DNA of 64,000 nt from Octopus sinensis. Taxonomy: Eukaryota. The stretch lies in contig NC_043012.1 in the NCBI RefSeq assembly GCF_006345805.1, forward strand, positions 19,840,001 through 19,904,000, given 5' to 3'. Shown in pieces: positions 39,109 through 49,975 of this stretch. Position numbers and translations under genes: made by a program. Every line of letters starts with the position of its first letter. Position 1 is the stretch's first letter. Under the pieces are notes generated by a model. It saw nothing but the letters and a program-made list of their open reading frames with translations. It was not told where the DNA came from and made no database searches.

Positions 39109-39813
39109 GACACACATGTATATGTATTTAGATATATATTACCAGGTGAATGACATAAATCATTGTAGGTCTAATGTCAAATGTTTAACGACCAGTCAGT
39201 CATGTTTCAAAAGGTGTTTCTTTCCTTCTATCACTTTAAATTCATCTCATCCAAAATTTCTTCACAACATTTTCACCCTTCCACATTATAATTTAACATC
39301 CGAGCCTTCGGCAATACTTTCGTTAAAAAATTACTCTAGAAAAAGTAGGTCTGTTACTAGATTGTTCACACTGGCAAAAGGCAGAGAAAAAACACGCTAA
39401 TAAAATCAGATAAACAAATATGCGTGGACAATTGAATATTTATCCCCGAAATAGTGTTCCTATTTCAAGAACTCTCAATATTTTAGCACTTCGTTAAATT
39501 GCCTTTATGTAATTTAGCTAAAATCAATATTTTTACTGAAAATGAAAACAATGATATTCTTTGAATGGCTTTTAGCAATTCGGAACACCCATATCTATAT
39601 ATATATATATATATTGTGGCTGTCTACTCTTTCTACAGATTCTGACATCCCCTTCTACCTAAACCTTAGATCGATCATGGCGTATGACGTGTCATTTTAA
39701 TTTTAAACTAGCCAGTATATTGAAAAGACACCCACATAGATTGCATGTATGTGTGTGTGTATGTATGTATATATATATATATATGTATATGTGCATTATG
39801 TGGATACATATAT

Positions 39814-39858
<45 letters not shown>

Positions 39859-39876
39859 GTATATATATATATATAC

Positions 39877-39914
<38 letters not shown>

Positions 39915-40753
39915 GTATATATATATATTTATATATATACATTATATACACATATATATATATATATATACACACATATTAGGGGAAATGAGCAACAAAA
40001 ACAAAGCAGAGACGGGTATCTGAGGTAATTTAGAATTGTTAATAAGAGTAAGTTGAATAAGGAGAAGTAGAAGTAATTAATGTCTTAGAGATGTCTCTGA
40101 GATAACCCAGGTGCTCGGTGAATATCTACGCACACTGGGAATTCGTCATCAAAGAAATCGTGTGTTTGTAGGAAAGTTCTACACTGAGAAATCACAGTGT
40201 ATAAAAGAGTAAAACAAGGGATACAAAAATAAAGACTGCAGAATAAATTTATATTTATTCAATCTGAACGCAACATTCAAAATATTGCCTGGATGTCACT
40301 GGAGTTATACTTAACAGCCTATACCTTCGATATGCTCTGGAAAGAATGAGCTGTGAAATGTGTTCTTGTGTCTTTATTCTTCTACTTAGAATTGTTCTTT
40401 TAATACTTTGTAAATTCTGTCCGGAACGTTCCTGCATATACTCATTGTCTCTGATTACGGAATAAGCCAGTGTATGGAGATGTTGGTCCATCGACTGGGA
40501 TATCCCAGAAACAGCTGTAAGGCATTAATTACTTCTTTTTCTACTTTTCTTGATGCATCTTACTCTAAATGAATATTCTGTTTGATCTGAGGGACTCGTC
40601 CTGACTTGGTTTTATTGTCCGTTTCCCAATAATATCCGTTTTCCGTTAATATATACTGGTGAACTCGGAAGCCTAAAAGTTAGGTTTCATGTATATATAT
40701 GTATTGATAGCATAAATTTTAGTCTTTAATATATTTATATATAAATATCATTT

Positions 40754-40790
<37 letters not shown>

Positions 40791-40924
40791 GATGTGCATA
40801 TATATATGTGTATATAAATATACACATATTGATATATATATATATACACATCGAAATACATCGAAATACTTAAGCAAGGACTACTTCCGATGTATTAACA
40901 AGTTAAACTAAAGAAGAATGATTT

Positions 40925-41332
40925 TTTATTCATGGAAGAATGAGCTCCATCTTAGACAGCGAAAATGAATCAACAATGGGCGACTGAAAATGGGATCAAA
41001 AAGATTCCTTGGCTGAACCAATCTCCTGACATGATCCCAATTGAAAATATTTGGAGCACACTAGATAGAGCTATAGGAAACATTCGACAAAAACTTAAAT
41101 CTAAAGATGTATTGTTTCGATCGTTGCGTGGAAAGTGGCCAGAAATTCCACAAGAGACAATCACAAAGCTCATCAGTTCAAAAAGAGTTTCTGAAGTAAA
41201 AACTGTAAAGGGAATGTCAACTAACTACTAAAGTATGTAGTCCTACCTATCGATTACATTTCAGTTGTTCGCTTTGCGTATAAAATAAAAGATTTTGAAA
41301 ATGAAATGTGTCAATTTACTTCCTTCATGTAT
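40925..41332 (+). mobile_element. Tc1-type transposase C-terminal fragment with right TIR
   Basis: FMEE.AP..TAK...IPWLNQSPDMIPIENIWSTL (WPxQSPDLNPIENLW motif)...KGMSTNY*; terminus TGTCAATTTACTTCCTTCATG|TA. Confidence 0.85.
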
Positions 41333-41336
41333 ATAG

Positions 41337-41412
<76 letters not shown>

Positions 41413-41439
41413 ATACATGAAGGAAGTATATACATATAT

Positions 41440-41935
41440 ATTTTTTCTTCCAGCTGCTCCATTATACCCAAGCTTATGCAGATATGTAACACATGTTCTT
41501 AGACTCACTTATAGCTGGTTTGCAATGTCAGAAAGCCTTCGATCGGGGTTCGTTTTCCACAATTCTCTTCAAACAGTGAAGCTTCCTTTCCGAGGGCCCA
41601 GGTCGGCCGTGTCGAGAATCTGTTGATTCTTTTCCTTGTCTTTTGAATTGCACAATAATTCTATTAACAGTAGCAAGAGGGATTTGAAGTTTTCGGCAAT
41701 TTTTCTTTGGCTAAGACCAGCCTCAGATTGCCCAAAATACGACCTCTTTGAAAATCTTACAGTTCTGCTGAATGTTTTGTGCATGCCATTGTTACTCTTC
41801 GCAAACGTTTAATATAATGGCACGTGGGATGAAAAAGAATGCTTACATTGTAAATTCCATACCATTGAAAAACATATTAAGACGCTTAGATCATAAATTT
41901 TGAAAATTGAAGGTGTCTATTTACCTCCTGCATAT
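41440..41935 (-). mobile_element. Tc1-type transposase N-terminal (HTH) fragment with TIR
   Basis: AGLSQRKIA...LGPRK...[30 protein letters not shown]; TIR-like TTTTGAAAATTGAAGGTGTCTATTTACCTCCTGCAT at ~41899-41934. Confidence 0.75.
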
Positions 41936-41936
41936 C

Positions 41937-42006
<70 letters not shown>

Positions 42007-42040
42007 CACACTCACGCACACACACACACATATATATATA

Positions 42041-42417
42041 CACTTGCGTCAGAAATTAATTAGCACTTCTCAAATTTCTACATTAAATAGGTTAAATCAA
42101 TTAACCTATGAGCTGTTCAAAACGTCTTACGCGATGAGAAAACATAGTATGGTGTGATTTCGGTCCTTGCGAGGCGCTACCTATATCTATTAAACAAAGG
42201 AAGATTTGTCTGCATCCGCACTCCAAGTTGTTGCACTGCTATGTCAACATCATAAGGCTGTAGACTCTCAAACCGCTCTGCAAACAAAGTTACGTCATCG
42301 TTCTGCGCAACAGTGAACTCGCAACAAAGCAATAGTTCGAGATATGGCCACTAGGTGACAGCACATACCTTGAGTGAAGAGCAAATCAAGGGTGCTAATT
42401 AATTTCTGACGGTAGTG
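42041..42417. mobile_element. Tc1/mariner-type MITE with 26-bp TIRs, flanked by TA
   Basis: Left CACTTGCGTCAGAAATTAATTAGCAC; reverse complement of right CACTACCGTCAGAAATTAATTAGCAC (24/26). Confidence 0.85.
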
Positions 42418-42462
42418 TATATATATATATTTATATATTCAATTTAATACTATATTAACAAT

Positions 42463-42680
42463 AGAAGTGGTGACCTGGCAGAAACGTTAGCACGCCATGC
42501 GAAATGCTTAGCGGTATTTCGTCCGTCTTTACGTTCTGAGTTCAAATTCTGCCGAGATTGAGTTTGCCTTTCATCCTTTCAAGTTCGATATATTAAGTAC
42601 CAGTTGCATACTGGGGTGATCTAATGGACTGCTCTGCCGCTCCAAAAATTTCGGGCTTTGTTCCTAGAGTAGAAAAGAAT
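42463..42680 (+). mobile_element. SINE family 2, full monomer
   Basis: Head GGCAGAAACGTTAGCACGCC, box GAGTTCAAATTC, tail AAAATTTCGGGC...CCTAGAGTAGAAAAGAATA. Confidence 0.85.
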
Positions 42681-43364
42681 ACGTTAATAACACACCTTAT
42701 GTGGCAGTGATTATATTCTCAATGTCATGGTGTGAACTACCTCGCCAACGAGTATAAAATATACAAAATACACAGATTACTATTAGATAAGATTGCTTGA
42801 GTTATTGACTGAGGTGTTATATTCTCCACAGTTCTAATATGATTGATGTAAATAGATTTTCATTTAATATAATTATGCTATGTATGAAGTGCCATAGTTG
42901 CACATCGATATTTTATTAATAATCATATTAAACAATTAAATCAGTTGTGACCGTGCATTAAACTCTAAGAATCCATTCAATGGTGAATATTTACGCTTAA
43001 AAATTCAGAAATTTGCCGATTCAAGGTAGGAAATTCCACTCGTGTCCACGTAATACTTGTTAGAACTGGTTGTCGAATACTTGCCATTATCGCACCGTGC
43101 GTCATTGAAGCCGAAGCAAACATTTGAAAATGGGGAATAAGATGCCTTACAATAAAACTATGATTTGCAACTCGTTCTCTCATTATTTTCGAGAATTATA
43201 ATATGAAATACTACATATTTTATACGATTTCAAGTTTCGGTTTTTTCGCTGAGGATTCAAACACTGCTGCTTCAATTATTTGTGTGAGGCAGAAACATCT
43301 GACTTTCTGTTTTTTCTTTATCTATTTGCACCGTTTTCTCAACAATATATAGATTTCAAAATTT

Positions 43365-43550
43365 GGTACAGGGCCAGAATTTTCGAGGGAAAGGCGTGAG
43401 CACCGGCTCCTAATGTTCAACTGGTGTTTCATTTATTGCAATATCGAAAGGCAATATTGACCTCGGTTGAGAATATCGACCTCGGTGGAATTTGAACTCA
43501 GACCGTAAAGACGGTCAAACTGGCGCTAAACGATTCTGACAGCTCGTCAC
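43365..43550 (-). mobile_element. Degenerate SINE, family 2
   Basis: CGACCTCGGTGGAATTTGAACTCAGACCGTAAAGACGG. Confidence 0.75.
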
Positions 43551-44177
43551 CGTACATTCTCCACAAAATATTATCTTTTATGAAACGTCTTGTTGAGAAA
43601 AGTGTTTGTTTCCAACTCAGATTACCTCTTCGATATAAAAATAAATTTCAATTTAAAATCAATCATCACGAATATTTGAAACCATACAAAGTTTATATCA
43701 AATATATTTTTCTTTAATTATCGATTTTGGATTAGTATATTGATGTGAAATTTCTTCTAAGCATCGATTCGTTTTAGCGAATAAATTTATAGAATTATCT
43801 TCAGGCATATATCTATCATATTACTTCTTAGAGCAGTACATCACTTCAGACTGCAAATAAATTTCCCAGACGCAATTTGTAAATATTTTCAAAGAAATTA
43901 AGTTTTCGTACATAAAAACTGAATTTCAAACAGCAATTGTTTGCCTATATACTTATACTGAGTTATCGATTTGTTTTACAATCATCGTTTTGGTCTGTAA
44001 GTAATACTTACGCATATTTTGCTAAATACTACAATTTTTTTGTGCATTTCTTCAAAAGTCTGAACTTTATTTCCATTTGTTCAGTTTATATTATTCAAAT
44101 ATCAAACTGATTCAAAAGATGTATACAGTCATCTTAGCGTTCTATAAGATTCTTGAATTATGCACATATACTTAATA

Positions 44178-44852
44178 ACATATTCTTTTCTACTCTAGGC
44201 ACAAGGCCCGAAATTTTGGGGAGAGGGCCAGTCGATTATAGCGATCCCAGTACGTAGCTGTTACTTAATTTATCGACGTCGAAAGGATTAAAGGAAACAT
44301 TTGAACTCAGAACGTAAAACAGAAGAAATACTTATTTCTTTACTACCCACAAGGGGCTAAACACAGAGGGGTCAAACAAGGACAGACAAATGGATTAAAT
44401 CGATTATCGACCCCAGTGCGTAACTGGTACTTAATTTATCGACCCCGAAAGGATGAAAGGCAAAGTCGACCTCGGCGGAGTTTGAACTCAGAACGTAACG
44501 GCAGACGAAATACGGCTACGCATTTTGCCCGGCGTGCTAACGCTTCTGCCACTCGCCGCCTTGAAATATTAAAAATATTATAAAATAAATGCTTCATAAG
44601 GGCGGCAAACAGAAGAAATACCTATTTCTTTAATACCCACAAGGGGCTAAACACAGAGGCAACAAACAAGGACAGACATAGGTATTAAGTCGATTACATC
44701 GACCCCAGTTCGTAACTGGTACTTAATTTATCGACCCCGAAAGGATGAAAGGCAAAGTCGACCTCGGCGGAATTTGAACTCACAACGTAACGCAGACTAA
44801 ATACCGCGAAGCATTTCCCTCAGCGTGCTAACGCTTCAGCCAACTCGCCGCC
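44178..44852 (-). mobile_element. Cluster of family 2 SINEs (dimer plus a tandem copy)
   Basis: Three bodies with ATCGACCCCGAAAGGATGAAAGGCAAAGTCGACCTCGGCGG-type sequence; heads end at ~44562 and ~44853. Confidence 0.9.
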
Positions 44853-45198
44853 TTGAAATATTAAAAATATTATAAAATAAATGCTTCATAAGAAACTGGT
44901 AATGTTTTTCAAAATTAATATCAATAACTCGCTGCTAAAAATACAGCTTAATAGAACAATGTTAAAAGAAATTCGTTTCTCAATGACGATATATTTGTAT
45001 AGAAAGCATAAGTATTTGATAGAATCCATTTACTGCAAGATACAAGTATTTAAAAATTAAATACACGGCTAAAGATGTGTGCTTAACATATTGAACTAAA
45101 AGTATAATATATTTTACTAGATCTGTGGCAAGTGGCCAATGATAACGATATGCATTTCAGTAACATATGTATAACGACACACTTCTAATTAATACATG

Positions 45199-45248
<50 letters not shown>

Positions 45249-45674
45249 GCGTGTGTGAGTGTAACCAAAACATACATAGCTTTTAAAAGACATCCATCTA
45301 TCTATGATCTATCTATCCATCTCCCTCCTCTCTCTCTCTTTCTCTCTGTCTCTCTCTCTATCAATCTCTCTTTATCATGAAAGAAAGAGAAAAAATTGAT
45401 AAACATAGAAACCTGAGAAATGAGATTACCAAGATGTAGCGGCTACGAGAATCAAAACGGAAACGGATCCCATAAATTTCCTACACCCGGATATGTTTCC
45501 AACAATGATAACTTTCTTGCTATCGTGGGGCATGGTGCCCCATATGTGACTAAAAGACTTCACCAGGTAGTGTTATTGAGTTGGACATGCCCTGGGCCTA
45601 TACTAGCCGAAACCTAGTATATATATATATATATGCGATTAAGGGGTCCCACATATGTCATATATCAGCGTGTG

Positions 45675-46103
45675 TATATAAATTAATTTTCATAAAGAGA
45701 TAAAAAAATCCAACGCACAGTAGATTTTAGAACATTTATAAATAGATGTCTTACAGCTGTTTCTAGGGTATTTATTATATCCTTTCATCGGAGAGTGTGA
45801 GAAGATGGTAAGAAGAGAGTGTGAGAAGTAATAGTTAATTTAGATAATATACGAAATTCAGATTGAGATTTAAATGGATCTGCATATGAAATATCCCTGC
45901 ATACCTCACATTTATGTTTAATCCCCTACCTCATTGTCTATTTCGCATATTATCTAACTTAACTGTTGATTAACCGTATCTCATATCGTCTCCGATGAAA
46001 GGCTATAATAAATATCCTAGAAACTACAGTAAAACATTCTATTTATAAATGTTCTAAAACCTATACTGCCTTGGTTTTGCATCTCATTACGAAAATATAT
46101 GTG

Positions 46104-46105
<2 letters not shown>
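45675..46105. mobile_element. ORF-less fold-back element with a hammerhead motif in each arm
   Basis: 45727-45793 is the inverted copy of 45990-46056; minus 45748-45795 reads CTCT-CCGATGA-A AGGATAT AATAA ATACCCT A-GAA-ACAGCTGT-A-AGAC; a more decayed plus copy lies at 45988-46035. Confidence 0.8.
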
Positions 46106-46152
<47 letters not shown>

Positions 46153-46304
46153 ACATTACTAAAAACATATACCTCCTCTCTCTGTAGGGAACCTATGACA
46201 TATTATATAACGTTTTTTGAAAGAATATTAATACCGTTCAATAAATCACTGTACATATCCGTCATGTTCTGTTAAAATGTCTTATTATCGAGTTTTGTTT
46301 CTTC

Positions 46305-46389
46305 ACTTCCCTGATGAGATTACATTGCTTTACGCCATTTATTCCTTTGGAATAATATCAGTGAAATATTCGAAACATGTGTCGGAAGT
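46305..46389 (+). ncRNA. Type I hammerhead motif with long helix II
   Basis: ACTTCC-CTGATGA-GA...(54 nt)...TC-GAA-ACATGTGT-C-GGAAGT; 6-bp helix I, all core nucleotides canonical, GUC triplet. Confidence 0.75.
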
Positions 46390-46583
46390 AAAAGTATTTG
46401 AATTATACCTGCGTTAAACTCCATTTCTTACTTATATATTCTACAAAATATGTGCACGTATACCCGAAGTTTCTACCTTTAAAAACAGAGTTACAACCTC
46501 CTTACTTGTGTGAGTTTTTGCTACCCTGGTAACTATTTATCTATTTTTTCCTTGTTAATTGTTAACAAGGGAAAATACACTCA

Positions 46584-46671
<88 letters not shown>

Positions 46672-47411
46672 CTATATTGAATTATATTCAATAATTTCAT
46701 ATCAGATTTCATATCAGACGATTTAAAGTTTATCCACTATTTATATGATGTTGATTGATAAACTAGTAATTATTTCACTGTCTACACATCTCAGCGAGGA
46801 GTTTATGTGGCTGCTAAAAATTCTCTGCATACATATTAAAAAATCTTATGTAAATGTACTACAATCAATATTTGAGTTAAATTTACGAAATCGAAAATCT
46901 ACTTTATTTATTCAGTTAAGAATTCCGTTATTAATATTCATGGATATTTCTAGTTGGTATCTTTTGTAAATATAAAAGTAGAGCAGAAGAGTCTATCGAG
47001 GGGAACAAATATAATCGTAATCGATTTATATGTAAAGTATTAAAATATATTTGGAATGGATTAATGAATTTCAAAAGTAGGCCAAACAAAATTCTGAATG
47101 CATAAATATATATTCGACTGAATAAAAATATACGCACTTAGAAAAATGAATAAAATATATATTACAAAACTAATCAATACAACACAGGAGTAAAATAAAT
47201 ACGTTCTACATAATATGAAAAATAATGCAAAAGACAATTTGTTCTTTTTTGTGTACTTTATATCATCGCATATAAACCCTCAGTGTAGGCATTCTGAAGA
47301 CGTTATTCATCGGAAAACATATAATTCAATATAGTAGACCCGGTGAATTGGTCTGTTACACCACAATATCACTGAATCATAAAAAATTATTCCTCGTTTA
47401 ATCTTCGTTAT

Positions 47412-47575
47412 TAGATTTACATTATTTACATTATTTACATTCCACGGATATTTGTCCTCATCTTTTTTGTTGGTAACCCATCATTTCGGCTGATATACCC
47501 TCCAGCCATCTTCAGGAGTCATGGATTAATTTCGAAACTTGGTTCTCATTCCTAATGTATTTTCGATGTTGTTGT
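47412..47575 (-). mobile_element. Inverted pLTR of a Penelope element with a decayed hammerhead
   Basis: Minus strand: GACTC-CTGAAGA-T-GGCTG GAGGGTATAT CAGCC-GAAATGAT; GATATTTGTCCTCATCTT...TTCTCATTCCTAA shared with 63180-63260 and (inverted) 49620-49780. Confidence 0.75.
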
Positions 47576-47577
47576 TA

Positions 47578-47649
<72 letters not shown>

Positions 47650-47681
47650 TATTATTATTATTACTATTACTATTATTATTA

Positions 47682-47732
<51 letters not shown>

Positions 47733-47749
47733 TACTATTATTATTATTA

Positions 47750-47828
<79 letters not shown>

Positions 47829-47830
<2 letters not shown>

Positions 47831-48540
47831 TAGTTTTATTTTTATAGCGTGCTTTCACTTCACTACCGAGCACAGCTCTCTGTGCCTTGGGTATGTGCTG
47901 TGATTTGTTGTGATGCTCTGATGGTTATTGTATGGAAAGTGTTCTGCGTAGGATGTGTGCAGTGCCTAGTAGTGCAATTTTCTGTATGTTATATGTGTTT
48001 GTAAGTCCTGGTGTTTTTGTTATGTATTTGTCTGAATATTTTTTTATCATGCCTAATGCACCTACTATGATAGGAATTGTTTCTGTTTTCAGATTCCACA
48101 TTCTAGTTACCTCTATTTCCAGGTCTTTGTATTTTGAGAGTTTCTCCATTTCTTTTAGAGACACGTTGTTATCTGCCGGTATTGATACATCAATTAGAAA
48201 GCATTTTTTTTCTTCATGATCTCTGACAACGATATCTGGTCTGTTGGCCTTAATTTCTCTATCTGTGTGTATCGGCATATCCCAGAGTATGGTTGCTTTC
48301 TCGTTTTCTGTGACCTTTTCTGGTGTGTGCCTATACCATCTTTTTTCTGTTGTTATTCCATAATGTTGGCATAGCTTCCAATGTATGTAGGTTCCAACTC
48401 TGTCATGTCTGTGAATATATTCCTTCTTAGCCAGGACTGGGCAGCTAGAGATAATATGATTTATTGTTTGTTGTCCATCTCCACATATTCTGCAGTTACT
48501 TGTAATATTTCTTTTGATTACATGTTTTTGGTAATTTTTT
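47829..48540 (-). mobile_element. 5'-truncated R4/Dong-type non-LTR retrotransposon (CCHC knuckle plus restriction-like endonuclease) in (TAA)n
   Basis: Uninterrupted frame from ~48540 to the stop at 47925: CRICGDGQQTINHIISSC...RHDRVG..IHW.LC...LWDMPIHTDREIKANRPDIVV...LIDVSIP...EKLSKYKDL...GTAHILRR; (ATT)n on both flanks. Confidence 0.9.
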
Positions 48541-48574
48541 GGTAATTTCTTTGGTAATTTTGGTAATTTTGGTA

Positions 48575-48623
<49 letters not shown>

Positions 48624-48624
48624 G

Positions 48625-49620
48625 GTGGGTTTAGCTATTGGTTCGCCATTATCACCGGTAATAGCCAATATATACAGGTAATAATTTGAGAATTTGGCTT
48701 GAGGATCAACACCACTAAAACCAACACTACGGCGACGATATGTTGATGTCACTTTTATACACTGGCCCCACCAAGAAGATGTCAAAGTGCTGTTAGATCA
48801 TGTTAACTCAATAAAGCCATCCATACAGTTCACAATGGAAAAGGAAAAAGACAATCAGCTAGCTTTCCTGGACGTATTAATAACACGCACCAAGTATGGA
48901 TTCAGGATATCTGTATACCGCAAGACAAACTTTTCTGGAGGATACCTCAACTGTAATTATCAACATCCATATAGTGTAAAGAGTAAGATTGCTCAGTGCC
49001 TAAAAGGTATTGCAAAGAATATGAGTAGCGATCGTGATACACACCACGAAGAAATGATCAAGCTCAATAACGATCTGTTAAGCAACAACTAACCCAAAAG
49101 TATACTCTCTACTCCAATTATGAAGACGTAAGAGGATGAGGCCAATAAAATGTTCACAGCCTGTCTACCCTATGTGAATGGCCTCTCTGAAAAGATATAA
49201 AAGAAATGCGGCCCATATGACATCAGGACAGTAGTCAAGAGTAATACAACACTTTGCAAATATCTTCTTCGGTTAAAACCACCAATAGAAGAGAATATGA
49301 CCAAAGACTACGTGTACTCCATCCCATGCAGCTGTGGTAGGAAACATGCCACACCCTCAAAATAAGGGTAGACGAACATCGCAAATCTGTGACACGAGAA
49401 GATATTGATAAATCAGGTCTAGCTGATCTTGTATGGAAAATCGAGACCACCTCCCCCTGTGAGATAAAGCTAAAATAATAGACAGAGAACACCACTGGAA
49501 AATACGAAAACTAAAAGAACCAGCACATATACAAGGACACAATAACCTCCTAGGTAGAACGAGTGTAGATATGAGCAGTATATGGGAACATGTATTAAGG
49601 AAGGATAGAAAAAATGTCAT
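48625..49620 (+). mobile_element. Penelope-type RT (C-terminal half) plus GIY-YIG endonuclease, degenerate
   Basis: GLAIGSPLSPVIANIY...RYVDVTF...LLDHVNSIKPSIQFTMEKEKDNQLAFLDVLI...VYRK...LPYVNGLSEKI...VYSIPCSCGR...LKIRVDEHRK...SGLAD...KIIDREHHWKIRKLKE. Confidence 0.9.
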
Positions 49621-49861
49621 ACCTTAGGAATGAGAACGCAGTTTGGAAATTCCCCCAATGAAATACCAAGAGCAATACAACATTTTGCAAATATCGTATT
49701 TTCTAGTGGTCTTCTCTGTCTATTATTCGGGTATATCAGCCGAATAATAGACAAATATCCGTTGAATGTAAATAATGCTCATAATTCCTCGTCTCTTAAA
49801 TACAGAACTGTTTCATTATTAGATATTATATATTTAGTGCATCGGACAAACACCTAGCCAC

Positions 49862-49975
49862 CTTTACGTTTGGCATTTAAATTCTATCGAGGTCGACTTT
49901 GCCTTATACTCTTATACGTCAAGTACTGTAATCATCTAGCACCCTCTCGCAAACCCCAGGCCTAATACCTAGTAA
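49862..49975 (+). mobile_element. SINE family 2 fragment
   Basis: AAATTCTATCGAGGTCGACTTTGCCTT. Confidence 0.6.
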
